Part shown: piece by piece, positions 19,338-32,848 of the stretch
How the letters are laid out: each line of letters starts with the position of its first letter
How positions within the stretch are numbered: position 1 is the stretch's first letter
Translations under genes and position numbers: made by a program
The notes under the pieces: model-generated
Seen by the model: the letters and a program-made list of their open reading frames with translations, nothing else
Database searches by the model: none
Told to the model about the DNA's origin: nothing
Source: Vicugna vicugna
Lineage: Eukaryota
Reading direction: 5' to 3'
DNA: 64,000 nucleotides
Assembly (NCBI GenBank): GCA_013265495.1
Contig: MU057887.1
Coordinates: 1,003,985 to 1,067,984, forward strand

Positions 19338-22300
19338 CCCAGAGTGTCGGGCGGTCTCCAGTCCTGGCCTAGAAGGTGCCTTGGTATCTCCGCAGCTCTG
19401 GGGCTCGGTTCACCCAGCTGTGAAATGATGCCCTCTGACCCCTCATCACTGGTGGTGTCCCCAGAATGGTGAATAAATGAAAGACTGAGTGAATGAACAA
19501 AGGAAAGAGATGATAGGCCCACCTCAGTCTGCCAAACCCTGCTTCCCTCCTCGGCACCTGTTCTGCTGTACCCCGCTCGCCTCCGCTCCAGGGTTAATCA
19601 AGGAAACGCACACACCACAGGCCATTTCAGAGCTGGGTGCCTGAGGGACCCGGGAGACTCCCAGCCACAGAGCGGGCTTGGACTCGGCCCCTTCAGCACT
19701 CCTGTGGGACGTGGGCGGCCGTTCCTCCCCAAGGCGCCTCACTCAGGGGGGCACTGGGAGAGGGAGGTCGCAGGGAGCCTTTAGGAGACACAGGGTGTGC
19801 AGCGCCCAGCACAGTGAGGGTGGGTAGGTGCTGGGAGGGGCCCCTCCCAGCTGGCTCCTAGGCTCAGGGTGAGCACGCAGAAAGTGGGGGAAGGCAGGGG
19901 CAGGATCTGGAGATGGAGACTGGGCGCCAGGCTCTGACTCTGAGCCTCAGTTCCCCACCCATCACACGCTCTCCAGCTGCCTCCTTAGTGGTCACCCTTA
20001 GCAGAGCCTGGCTCATGCTAAATGCCCCAGCAAATGAGGGGCGTCTTGCCTTTGAAGGGCAGTGATGGCAAACACAAGGGCATTTCCAGGGTGCTCGGAA
20101 CATGGAAATCACTCTGCTGAATGACCCCTCCTCTTTCGAGGAACTGTGCCCGAGAGAGGGGGTGGGTGGCCCAGGGGGTGGCAGACCTGCCCATACACTC
20201 CTCCCCCAAGTGGGCAGCTGGGATCCCAGTGGAGGGACAGGGTGCATCCAGGCCAGGGCCCAGGACAGAGCCCTGCCTCTGGGAAAGGGGGTTCTGCTGG
20301 AATTAACCACCTCCCCACCCCTACCCCTACCCCTTCCCCAACGAGACCACAGGGAACGCAGCTCCTGAATCCCACTGCATCTCACTTCACGCAATTTCCA
20401 TGCCTCTTGAGCCATCCCTTAGCGCCCCAGGTGCCCCGCCCTCCCTGCCTGGTGGGCAGTGGACATAAACGAGCCAAGGTGGCTGGGCTTGGGGACCATG
20501 TTCAGCCTCCTTCCTCCTCCTCTCTGCACACCTCCGCACCTTCTCTTGTGCTGGTCCCTGAAGGTTGTTTCTTGGACTTTCTGCCTGGCTCATCCTTCAG
20601 GGCTTGGCAATGGCTGCCCTCATGCAGGAAGCCTTCCCTGAACACCCCTGTCTGGTGCAGACCTCCTTGGAGCTCCCAGAGTCCTAGTCACTCACTTTTT
20701 GTTTTTTGTGGCATCTCCACTGGAGGGCAGAATCTCCTGATTCCTTCCTGGGGGCTGGGGTTTTTACATTCTCCCCCAAACTGGAGACAACATGGGGAAA
20801 ATTTAACTGATTTCCTAGCCAGTGGTCTGAATGTGGTCTCTTAGAGACAGGCAGGGAGGAAATCAAACTTGACCAAAGATTATAAAGTACTAAAAGCTCA
20901 CAGAAGGCACTGGGTGAGCTTGTAACTGAATTACACTGGATCTTCCATCCTGCCCCCGGAGAACAGCTGGGGCCCCGTGGCTGCTGGGTTATTAAAGCAA
21001 ATGTATTCCTGCCATGGTTTGGTCAACCAGGTCCACCTAGCAGATGCAGCTTTCTCTGGCCAAGGAAATGAGCTTTTCTGGTCAAACTTTTAACAGCCCA
21101 GGGAAATGAGTGCAAACTTTATGAGGCCCTGAAGCTTCCATGTCCCTGGGACCTGTGGCCCAGGTGGAGCGTGCATGAGAAGGCCAGAGGTGGGGACGAG
21201 AGCCGAAGGCCCACTGTTCCATCCCCGCAGGGAGACTGTGGGCACGTTTCCAGCCTCTCCAGGCACAGCATCCTCACTCATTTGGGACAGAAGCTTGTTC
21301 GCAGGCACTGGTGACAACAGGAGAAGAAGGGAGACCCCCAATTGTGTTTAGTAGGCAGGCCAGGCTGTCCAGGGCCCTGGGGTCCAGAAAGAAATCAGGT
21401 GGTTCTGCCCTACAGGGAAGATGCCACAGAAACTGACCTAGGGTCGTGGGAGCCTAGGGCCTCAGGAGCCCCAAGGATGCCTGCAACAGGCAGGGGTGGT
21501 CAGGGAAGGCTTCCTGGAGGAGGGCAGCCATTACCGAGCTCTGAAGGATGAGCCAGGGAGACAGTTCAAGACACAACCTTCCTGGCAAGGGACTAGTGTG
21601 AGTGAAGGCACAGAGGTGTACAAGAACAAGCCTGCTTGCAGAACATGGAGGCAGAGGCCTTGGCTCCAGCCTAGGGCTGGCTGAGGGGCTTTCTTTCAGA
21701 AGCTATAAAATGAGGTGACAATGCCTACCTGCCCCCAACAGACCCTGCAGCCACCTCCCTGAGGTTCCTAGGAGCACAGTCCCTGCACCCTACCTCTTCA
21801 AACCCACTTGCACTGAACCCCCAGCCCCAGCCCCCATTGCCTCTCCAGCCACACAGACCATCTTCAGTGACCCCTCACACTCTGTTTTAAGCACATTGCC
21901 TAGATCTCCCTCCTCTAAACCTTCTTCACCAGAAGATTCTTGAAATTCCTCTTCAGCCCAGTGAAGGGGTTGCCACCTCCTCCAGGAAGCCCTCCTGGTT
22001 GTCCCAGGTAGCCTTAGATAACCCCTCCCTTTGATCCCCTCAGCCCTTTGGCCCTCCCATGTCGAGATGGATCCCTCTGTGCTCTCTCTGTCCCTCCAGG
22101 AGAAGCCTCTGGGCAGATCTGGGACTGAGGACTTGTCTGCATTCTGCCTTAACCCCCTGCACCCCAAGTCCAGCGTGAGGCCTGCGGTATGTGTGGGAGA
22201 GACACAAGCACGACCGCATGGCCAGGGAGACTCTGGGCTGCCCTGTGATGACCACTGAGGAGGCTTCTCTGGCAAGTGTGGTGATAAGGCTGGTGATGGT

Positions 22301-22489
22301 GGTGGTGATGGTATTTTGGAGAATGAAAAGCAGGAAAATCTCTTCTCCACCCACTGGGTCCAGTTTTGAACCTGGATTTGCCCTTCCATGGGACAGCCCT
22401 TGGACAAGAGCTGCCCGCTTCAGCCCCATTTTTCCGTGGAAGTAATCGGGCGGGGGGTGTCGTGGGGTCACTAGGTGACCCAGTTACTC

Positions 22490-23243
22490 TCTGTAACATT
22501 CGGCACCCAGTTCTGGTGCGGGGGCTTCTTCCTCTCACCGAGCAGTTCTCAGACACCAGCTGGGTGTCCTACAATCCAGCTTAGTTCTGACGCTCTTCCC
22601 AGAGATGGTGGCAGACCCGCCTTTCAGGTGCCAGTTGCATATCCAGGTTGTCACTGGCACTTCCGACCTCCTGGCTATAGGTTGGAGGAGGTTCCTTGGG
22701 GTGGATTAATTTGCTAGAGCGGCTCCGAGAACGCAGAGAAACATTTTATTGACTGGATGGCCAGGTAGCTGTAAAAGGATAGAACTCAGGAACACCCAGC
22801 TGGGCGAGAAGCGAGAAGCGCAGGGAAGGTATGGGGAAGGGGGCGGAGCTCCCACGCCAGCTCCAGGCTCCCCCTTCCCAGCACCGCCATGTGTTCATCA
22901 ACCTAGAGGTTCTCTGAACCCCGTCCATTTGCGGGTTTTACGGAGGCTTTCTTACCGCGGATTGATTAAATTATTAGCCATTGGCGGTTGATTCTACTTC
23001 CTGGAGGTCGGGGGTCAGGGGTGGGGCTGAAAATTCAAACCCTTTAAATTTGATTGGTTCTTCTGATGACCAGCCCCTATTCTTAGGTACTTTCCAAAAG
23101 TCACCTCATCATTAACATAACAAAAGACACATTGATCACTCTCTGCACTTAGGAAATTCCAAACGTGTTGAGAGCTCTGTGCCAGAGATGGGGACGGGAC
23201 AAAGACCAAACATATATTTCTTGTTATAAATCTCCATATCACA
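22490..23243 (-). mobile_element. Solo LTR, MER21-like
   Basis: gacaccagctgggtgtcctacaat...gattaatttgctagagcggctc...ggggtggggctgaaaattc...ggaaattccaa...aaagaccaaacatatatttctt...atatcaca terminus. Confidence 0.7.
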
Positions 23244-23726
23244 CCTCCCCAGCTCCCCCCCCGTCAGTCCTGGGCTCCCGGGGGTGCTCCGTGTGGTGCA
23301 AGGAAGGGTCTTCCCCTCCCCAGTGGGTGGAGTCGGGGTCAGGGTTGAGTGATTGCAGCTGGGCTGGGCGGGGTGGGAGGGGGGAGGCCTGGCGCCTGTG
23401 TGACCCAAGTTGCCCTAGCTCTGGCTGGAAGGGTGGTCCTGGCCTGGGGGCAGAGACAAGTGGGAAAACGTGGGTCCCAAGGGTGAGAGGCCTGGTGACA
23501 CCTACCTCCCTGGCCTAAGAGTCCCACTTGCAGCGTGGGGACCGTAACACCACTCACTCCTGAGAAACTAGAGGTCTCTATCCCCCTCCCCTGCTTCCTG
23601 CCCTCATTCTCCAGGACTCACGTGGACAGGTCTTTGTCCCCAGGCAGCCCCTGGCCTCTAGCCCTTGACCTTGGGGATCCTCCCAGTTCTGGGTTCCTCC
23701 TGAGTCCCCGACAACTCCCAGTGTGC

Positions 23727-23741
23727 CCACCAGAGGGCGCT
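23727..23741 (+). promoter_or_regulatory. CTCF motif, forward orientation
   Basis: CCACCAGAGGGCGCT, 14/14 core match. Confidence 0.65.
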
Positions 23742-24039
23742 CTGTGGCTGGGAAAGGACATGGCCGCGGGACAGACGGAGGCCGAGACCTCTGCAGGGCG
23801 TCAAGGAGGAGGACGTGCTCAGGGTCTGGGGAGCGCTTGGCTACACCACCCGCCCTGCGGGGAGGTGGAGGCTGGGACAGGGGTGGGGCGTGGTGGGGAA
23901 AGTATTTGAATGTAGGGTTGCTGTGGGGCTAAGGGGCTACGTAAGGTCTCAGAACTAACCTCCTGGGGACCGAGGTCCCCACAGGGGATGCAACAGGGGC
24001 CAGCGTGGCCGAGGCAGCTGGGTAAGCGTGGAACAGATG

Positions 24040-24350
24040 GGTCACGTTGGGTGCGTCCACTCATCAGTGGTGGGCATCTTCTGGCCATTGTGACAGCTTC
24101 TGTGGACATCGGTGTGCAGGGACCTGGGGAGGCCCTGCGCTCAGTTCCCTGGGACGCACCCAGGACTGGGATTGCCGGGCCACAGACGATGTTTCGTTTT
24201 CTGAGGAACCACCATGCGGTTGCCCACAGTGACTGCACTGTTCACACCTCCCCCGCCTCCCCCAGCATGCACCGGGGCTCCTCGCCCCTCTGTTTTATTG
24301 TTATTACTCTTATTTTAGCCTCCTAGTGGTGTGAAGGGCTATCTTCTGGT
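24040..24350 (-). mobile_element. Old L1 (L1M) fragment, GC-enriched
   Basis: ggccattgtgacagc...caggactgggattgccggg...ttttctgaggaaccaccatgcggttgcccacagtgactgcac; collinear with the L1 copy at ~55380-55610. Confidence 0.7.
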
Positions 24351-24599
24351 GCTTCATGACTTTTTATGGCTGAATATTGCCCTGTGCTCTTCCCTCAGGA
24401 GGTTAGGGTCGGGGAGACAGCCTAAAGCCAACCCACACTCCCACTGTCAAGGGCAAGCACAGGGGAGGCGAACTGGGCAGAAATCGGCACTTCCAGGAAG
24501 CTTCCAGAGGACATGAGGTACCGGGGGAGCTGACCAGCACAGCAGGTGTGCAGCCTAATGTGCTCCAGGCTGGGGGCCACCCAGGCGGTGGTGTCCCCC

Positions 24600-24726
24600 A
24601 CACGTAGACACACACAGACACACACACACACACAGCACACACCTTACACATACCACACACACGGACAGATACACATCCCACATGCACCACATGCATGCGC
24701 GCGCGTGCACACACATACACACACAC
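24600..24726. repeat. Degenerate (CA)n microsatellite
   Basis: Interrupted CA dinucleotide tract. Confidence 0.85.
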
Positions 24727-27700
24727 CCCCTCGCAGTCTGAGCACAGGGACTGACCATCATCACAGCTCACTCCCTCAGCCATATGTCAACCAACAAAGA
24801 TTGCTCTGAGCCCTACTATCTACAGGTTTTATGCTAAAAGGTTTTGTGGATACAGAAATAAGCAAAAATGTAATATCTTCCCCTTGGGGAAAAAAATGGA
24901 GCCAAGTCTGGCAGGAGACCCAAGACCCAATTGGAGCTGAACACCAAGCTGTTCTCAGTGCTGGGAAGGCCTCGGACACCAGAGGACATGGCAGGCGGAT
25001 CCCGGAGGGCTTCCTGAGGCAGCGCCTGGGAGTCTGAGGGTTAGGGTCAGGATTAGAGTCAGAGCAGAGTCTGAGGGGCAAGGACCCGGGAAGGGCATAG
25101 GACATGTGAGACCCTGGGTATGACACTTGGGCCAAAAGGAGGCCATGCGGCTAGGGGCCTGAGTGAGTGCTGAGGGCTTTGGGGACAGTGGCCAGCAGGC
25201 AGGGCGGCTGGGAAGGAGGAAGGACAGGAGGTTCTGCCCACTGAGCAGGGCTGGGTAGGGGCAGGCAGCTCTACTCTGGAGACTTCTGCTCCTGGCTCCT
25301 CCCATCCCGTTCAGCGGGGCGGCCTCCTGGTCCACAGGCTTGTGGCTGGGCCATTGTCCTATCTCCAGCGACGGCCCTGGGGTCACAGAGGAAGGGGATC
25401 ATTACTGACTTTGACCCCGACTGGTCACTGGAGTACCCAGCCCCCAGCTGCCAGGACCCCCACCCAAGCCTTGGGCCACATAGAGAGCAAGGGGGAGGGG
25501 TCAATGGTGAGGAACAGAGGGCCAGGGTCTCAGGCTGCCTTACCAGAGAGCCTGTCTCCTTGGCCCAGGCTAGGACACAGCCGGGCTCCTGCAGTGGCCC
25601 TGCCCTCCTGGGGACATTTCTAGGGCTGGGAGACTGACCAGCAGATGAGCACACTGGAGTGTGGTGTGTGCATTCACAAAGGTGCACTGGCGGGTGGGCC
25701 AGGGGCTGGGAGCCCACGAGAGATGAGCCTGAGGGAAGGGGGTGCCTGAAGAGGGTGAGCAGGGGGGCAGGGGAGGAGTGATTGGGGAGCACTTATACAG
25801 TGCCACTGGATACGGGTCCGACTCTGTGTCGGGGGTGGGGCTGGGAAAATTGGGGCAGAGGACACAGGAACAGAGCATCCGAAAGGAGGGAGAGCCACGT
25901 GGGCCGAGGGAAGCCATCGCAGCTGAGACCAGGGGGAAGCGACCTTGAAGGGGCTTGGAGGAGAGCTTGGCAGTCCAGTGCAAAGGCCCCAGGGTAGAAG
26001 GAAGCTCAGCAGAGCCCAAGGGCAGGGGCTGCAGAAGAGGCGCTGAGATTTGCTGAAGACCCCCCTCCCCAGCCCCCAGGCCAGATCCTCAGGCCTCTGG
26101 TCATTTTCAGGCTGAAAGGAACCAGTTTGACTCAGCTGGAGGCACCTCCTCTGGGAATCTGGCTCCCTAAATCACAGCGCCTGGCGGAGGGTTCACTCCA
26201 GGACACGCTGTCTGCTGAGTTCCGGCTTCCTGTGTGGCTGGGCTGGGGGGTGGGGGGGTCTGGCCCAAGGCCACCCCTCCCCCGCCAGCGCATTGTCTGC
26301 CCTGCGGCCGGAAGCAGCTCCTGCCCAAGGCAGGGGGAGCTGTGGGGACCATGAACCCAGCTCCATGGCTGAGCAGAGGCCACCCAGGCCCGCACTGTTC
26401 TCTGTGCTTAGGCCGTCGCTCCCTGGCCCAGACAGGGGGGCTAGGGGAGGGCAACCCACCAGGCTCCCCGACCCAGGGCTGCCCCAACCTCAAATCAGGA
26501 GTCTGGACAGGGCAGGTGGGCCCCTCCCTCCAGCACAGCCACCCAGGCTGCGGCCCCTCCCTGTCCCACTGTGCACCCACCTCTCCCCACGTCCATCTAG
26601 TGACCCAGTTGCGGGGGGGGGGGAGGTGAGGCGGTGACATCTCCTGCAGACTCTGGCCTCTCAGCCAGGACGGAGGGGAGACAGCCAGAAAGGGACAAGC
26701 CAAGACCTGATTTACAAGTGAAATGACTCTGGAGCTGGCCCAGCCTCCGGCCCACAGAAAGATGACCCAGCCCTTAGGTTCCCAGCAGGCAGCGCAGCCA
26801 CCTGCAGCCACCGAGGCTTCAGCTCCTGGCCCCAAGGGAGTCCAGACCTTAGACTCTGGCGCAGGGACCAGAGGGTGAGCCGGTGCAGAAGTCAAACCTG
26901 GGAACCCATAGTGTCCCCTAGTTCCCATGGTGCCCGCCGTGGGCTGGGGCACGGTGGCTGAGACACCCAGCTGGACCCTACCCTCCTCCAGATCTCAGAT
27001 CACAGAGCATTCCCCCCAACCCCAAGCATCCTTGAGGAAAGATGGCTACGTCCAGCGGGGGAAACAGGGTTCACTTCTTTGCAGCTGAGTTGGTATCTAG
27101 CACTCTGGCTCTGGCAGACCCGTGATCTCTGTCAATGGGGTAAACTGAGTCAGCTCAGAGTCCTTCTCCAGTGGTGTCTGACTTCTACAGCATCACTGCC
27201 AGGGGTGCCTAGCCTTGGACACCCTCTGTGCAGGCAGGCAGCGTCCAGGGTCCTCCTTCCCGCCCGGTCCCCCTGGGTCACTGCACATCCTTCTTGGGAC
27301 GTCTAGAAAAGGAAAGTGGACCTGCTCTCGTGGCCACTCCAGGACCTGCGCCCACCCAGCCTTCACCAAAGCCACGACCAGCACATGGCTTCACCCTCTG
27401 TGTGCCCAGGGCAGTGGTTGCAGGCCAGCCCTGCCCAGCCCTCAGAGCCCAGCTCTGCCCTGTCCTAAGGGTCCGAGACCCCTCTTAGGTCCAGCCCCGC
27501 TGGGAGGCCTCTGGCAGCACCACATTAGGGTCACTGGCTCATCCTCTCCCCAGAGTGACTGTTTGGGACGTAAATTCATGTTGGCTGGGGCTCTGACTTC
27601 TAGAAGCTTCTTCTGTTGTTTTCCTTTCAAAATGTCTCGGCCCTGCTTTTCAAAGTCTGTTTTAAAGTCAAAAGCGGACCAGAATCTGCTACCTTCCCTG

Positions 27701-30700
27701 AGCTACCTTCTTTCTCGCTGCTGCTGCTGCCTGGCGGGGTGTGGGGGTTGGGGTGCCAGTCTTGGAGAAGGACGCACCCCGGACACCGGGCAAGGGTGGC
27801 CACGCTCAGTCGTCAGAGGAGGCATCAGGTCCGACCAAGTAATCAGATCAGGGCTGCGCTCCGAGCGAGCATCTGAGAGCCGGGCACAGCTGCCTCTTAC
27901 CGTCTCCCATGGCTCCCCTTTGCCTCCCTGAGCCTCTGGGATTTGTTTCTCCCGCCTGCTCCCTGCTCCCCGGGCACAGGGAAGCCCTGCCTCCTGGCCT
28001 CTGCTAACGCAGGCCCCTCCGTCCCATCAGCACAAGTTTACCGGGTTAACTTCAAAGGACCTTCTCAACTCCTTGGCTTCAGAAGGGCGGGGGCCCCCCC
28101 TGTGCTGGCCGTTACTCACAGCCCCGTCCGCCCGCCCGCCCCTGCCCCGCCCCCTCCGGCTCAGCCTTCTCAACTTCTGGGCTCACCCGGGAGGCCGCCT
28201 CTTCCAGGGAGCCTCCCCTGATGCCCCACCCCCCGCCGGGTTCTCACAGCTGCGAGCATTTCCCTGCCATCCTGCCTCCTGGGTTCTTTGGGACAGAGGC
28301 CTGGAGTGCCATCTGCGGGACATCGTCTGAAGAGAGGGGACAGCTTCGTGGTGAGGGCAGGGGTACTTTTGCTGGGTGCTTCCTGCCTCCTGTGCTCAGG
28401 AGCCTGGGGGCCAGTCTGCAGGAGCTGAGGCAAATCAAAGCAGGAGGAGAAACAGAAGTGACATTGGCAGCTACCATGTGTTCTATGTGCGGGTCCTTCC
28501 CTCCCGCAGCCTCACAAGATGCGCTGACCCCAGGAAGCGGGCGTGCGCCTGGAAGGGCAGCTTTGACACCATGGCGAGACGGGGAGCAGGGATTTGAGCC
28601 CAAGCCGAGGGCGTGAGTGCCCCAGGCCACGATGGCATGTTTTCTGAGTGCAGAATTCTGTGTTACTGGGGGGTAGAGACACCTAAAGGGCAGTGGGGAC
28701 TGAGGGGCCTAAAGGAAGGAGTCAGGGATTTTGGGGTACAACAGAGATGCCCCAGGACGTGGAATTAAAAGTAGAGGTAAAAGATGAAGGGAAAGCGAGG
28801 GCGAGAAGGTAGGTCTAAGTGGAGCCAGAGATGAGCTCATAGCTGTGATTCAAGCTCCCCAGCAGCCAAGGCAAAAAAGGGAAAGTGGCGATTTACACAA
28901 CTTCCTCCTCCGTGGGAAGTTAGAAGCTGTCAGGTCTCAATCCTGAAGCTTCTCCGCTGGGGAAGGTGTCATGGGACTGGGGGGTCAGTGTGAACCTCCT
29001 TCCCTTTTGTACACACTTGAGCAATATCTTGGGCCAGACCTGGGCTGGGCTTTGGGGCTTCCAGGTGAAACCTCAAGTCAGGCTGCTGGGGACCGTGGCC
29101 CCCGCTTGCCGGGCCCTCAGCACACACCCGTCACTGCACCTCGCTTCCACCTGCCAGCAGCCTGGCCTGGGGCCTGTCACTCCTCCAGCTGCACAAACAA
29201 GGAGATGAGCTGTCTGTGTTCCGAGGGTCTGTGTCTTGGGGGCGCAGTCCCTCTGCTTTGAGCAGTGGCTTCACCCCACAGCCCAGCTTCCCTTTGGCTG
29301 ACCCCACGACCCTGTGACCTGCCTCTGCTTGAGTCCAGGGCATTGCCACCTCTGTCCTCCCCTGGCCACTGCCAGGCCGGGGCCCACTCCTTGCTCCCTA
29401 CAGACCAGCAGGTGGGAGCCCACGACAGTCAGAAGGTGTCATTCAGGGTAAAGGGAGAGAAGGCTGTGCTTCAAGACTGACCAGAGAGACGGCGCAGAGA
29501 CGCGGGACCAACCTGTGTCTCGACGTCGGCTCCGGTTGTGGGGTTAGCTGCTGATAGGCCACCCCAAAGGGCAGAGCCTCGCCATGGCCATTACACGCAT
29601 GGACGCCCGGCTCCAGAATTTGAACCGGGCATAGGGGGAGTCTGTCTCTTCTCTGCTCCACCAGTCAGTAGCCTCAGTGGAGGTGGCTCGGGGTCTGAGA
29701 GCCAGAATCACTTGCAGGCATCCTCGTTCACACATCAGGCAGTGCCGGCTGTCACCTGTGACCCCTCCACGTGGCTGTCCCTCACCCTCTGGGTTCCTAG
29801 AGCCAGTGCCCAAGAGAGCCAGGTGGAGGCACAGGCTGTGACAGCCCAGGCCCTGAACTCACATGTACCCCCCTCCACACCTACTCGCAGGGGCGGTCAT
29901 GGGCCTACCCCCACCCAGGGGAGGGGACGTACCCGCCACCCCTGGACGGGACATCAGCAAGATTCTAAAGAAACGCCACAGAGCTCCATCCTTCCATGCA
30001 GCTTCGAGCCAAGTTCTCCGTGCCCCTGTAGCGAGACAGTGCCGTGACTGCTCCCATCCCCACATTGGACGAGGAGCACTCTATAGCCACTGTCCTCCAG
30101 TCCGGGGACTGCCCCTTGCCCTTTGCGTCTGCAGGCCCACTCTCGGCCACCTCCAGCCACCAGGAGACTAACTCGGACAGACGGACACGCCTGCAGGCTC
30201 CCTGCCCACCGGCGTCTGATTGGAGCCCCCTCCCTCCCCTGTCCCTCTGCCCCCAGCCCCCTGCTCGCCCCCTGCAGCCCTTCCTCAGCTCTGCCCACAC
30301 CTGCGCCCTCCGTTAAACGCTCCTCAGATGACCCAAACCGTGGGTGTTCCTGTGCACGGCGACCTCGCCCGACAGAAACCACGGGAAGAGACGTGTGCTC
30401 CTGCTCAGGGAAGGTGGCCCCCAGGTCCTGCTGTCTCCATGGGGCTCAGGCCGAGGGCTGGGCTTCCAACTTGGTGGCTGGCCCCATAAGCCTCCCACAG
30501 AGAAATCCTGCTTTGAGAAGGTCACTGCCCAGTGGTGGGGACAGGGCTGAGTGTTTTAACTCCAGAAAGACCAGGCCCCAGTGGGGGAGCCGGCGCCAAC
30601 TCAGACAGCTGAATAAACAGTCACGGTCATGTTTCCAGGCCCCCTGCGGCCTGGCTGCCCTGCGCGCTGGAGGCCACTCAAGGCCAAGAGAGGGGCTGTA

Positions 30701-32832
30701 TCTTGGTGGAGATGGCGGCTGCCCCAGCCCTCCCTGCCCCCACCTCCCAGCTCCCAGGTTCCCCAGCAGGCACCTCTGTCTGGTGGACAGTAGGAGGGAT
30801 GGGGGTTCAGACCCTGCATCCCAGACTGGGTTCTGCCACTCTCACCCTGGGACCTTCTGAACATTCCTTCCCCTCCCTGGCCTTGACATCTCCAACGGTG
30901 GAATGGACTGGAACCCTGCCTAGTGTCACAGGGCAAACAAGGCAGTGGGTGTCGAAGGCCATGGAATTGTGGGCCAGCGGGGCCCAGGCTGCAGAAGCCT
31001 TGAGGGCCACTCTGAGGACTCCCCAAGGGCAGGGGGTCATGACTGCCTCAGAGCAGGGCCCACCTGGGATGTGACAAAAACCGCTCAGCTGGTGGACAGA
31101 TGGAGGGAGGGCGGTGGGGAGACCCTCATGGAGGTGGGAGCCGGGAGCCAGAGGCCAGGAAATAGGGAGGTGCCTTGGTAGGAGGGGGACAGACCTTGGA
31201 TCTAGAGGGTAGGGTGGGAGGCACCCATCTGCCCTGTTTCAGCCGGACGTGGCCTGCTGGGCAGCAGCACCCTCCCTCTCCTCTTTCTTCACCTCCCTAG
31301 AATCCAGAAACCCTACTCCCCAGCACCCCAGGGGCTACATCATGACAACACACCCTTGGAATATCGGGGCCCTCACCTTGGGCAGATGGGTTTCAATTTG
31401 ACTTCAGAATAAGAACTTGCCCGCTTCCCCAATTGCATGCAGAGGTACAGGGCCTCCAGGCCTCATGCAGGTCCCCACCTCCCTCAACCCCCCTGGCCTG
31501 GACCCGAGAAGAGAGACTCCAGGACACTGGGTGATGGGAGGGGCTGGGGAGATCCCGCCTGCCCTCTGCCCACCCTGTCCCCTCTGGAACTCAGTGCCAC
31601 AGACATGGGGCCAATGGTAGGGAAACTCCTGGATTCTAGCTCTCATCCCAGCCCAGCTCTGGGTCGGGGCCCTCCTGGGCCAGGTCAAGCCCTCGTCTCT
31701 CTGGGCCTCAGTTCCCCCACCAGCAAAAGTTGATGCTTGTGTTCAGTGGATGATGGCCTCTCTCACCCAAAGTCATGTGGTTCTGCCGGGTCCCTGTTTT
31801 GTGCCCAGCCTGGCGCCAGCCCCATGCCCCCTATGATGGGAGTCCAGGCAGGGCCCAGGAACCAGGGGTGGAGTGGAGCCTGGGTGCGATCGTGCTTCAC
31901 GGAGCCCAGGCAGGTGAAGCGGTTCAGATGTTAGAGAGCAGAGAGGGCGCCCACGCGGGCACACCCTGCCAAGAAGAGCCGGCCAGCACATTCTTATCTC
32001 CTGACCTGTCGGTCCCCCTCCCCCATCCTGATGAAGCTGTTGGAAATGAGGGTCCTTAGGGAGACTGTCCACCATGTGGCTGCCCTGTGGCCTCAGGCAG
32101 GTTGCTAGACCTCTCTGAGCAAAAGCCCTCAGTGACCAGTACAGGACTTCGGGGTGGGGGTGGGGGTGCTGTCCCTGGCTGAGAGCTGACATGTGGTGGG
32201 AACTTGGACAGTGCAGAGCCTGGGCCTGGAAGTTAAAAGCCAGAGAGGATGGTGATGGCTCTGGGGACCCCACATGTGGGCTTGGGCCCTGGCTCCCCTT
32301 CCCCTAGGGCCTGAGGGCCCCAGGACCGTGGCCCTGCCCCATTCCTACCCCTACACCCAGCACCTTGGGAGGGCGTCCCAGACACACACCTTCCTGTTCC
32401 CTTCCTCGCCCCACCTGGGTGGCCACCCCACCCCCACAGAAGAGTGAGGCCCCGTCTCCCTATCCCCTCCTCCCACAGTCTCAAGCGCCGGGTGGCTGCC
32501 ACCTTTCCACTCGAGGTACCTGATGGCAAGCACACCAGCCACCTGATGAATCATCTCTCTGCAGGGTCTGCCCATCTGGCCCACTGACCCCCTGAACCTC
32601 AGAGTCCCCCTCTGTAAAGGGGCAATCATAGTAATACCCTGTGGATGGGAGGGCCTGCAGATTCAATGAAATAAGGCAAGTGGAGCTCTTGGCCAGAGCG
32701 CCTAGTGAGGGCACCTCTGGCCTTTGGGCGCCCCAGCCTGAGGGTTCCTGTATTTGTGGGTCCTTGGGTATGGGGGTGTCTGGCCCTGTGGTGCCAGGGG
32801 TTTGTGCACTGGGTCGCCATGTGTCACCTCAG

Positions 32833-32848
32833 CCACCAGGGGGCAGCA
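32833..32848 (+). promoter_or_regulatory. CTCF motif, forward orientation
   Basis: CCACCAGGGGGCAGCA, 14/14 core match. Confidence 0.7.

Noticed and set aside
22291..22311. Poly-His (HHHHHHQ) in ORF 22149-22556
   Set aside because: Short GGT/GAT low-complexity tract next to an LTR; no coding context.
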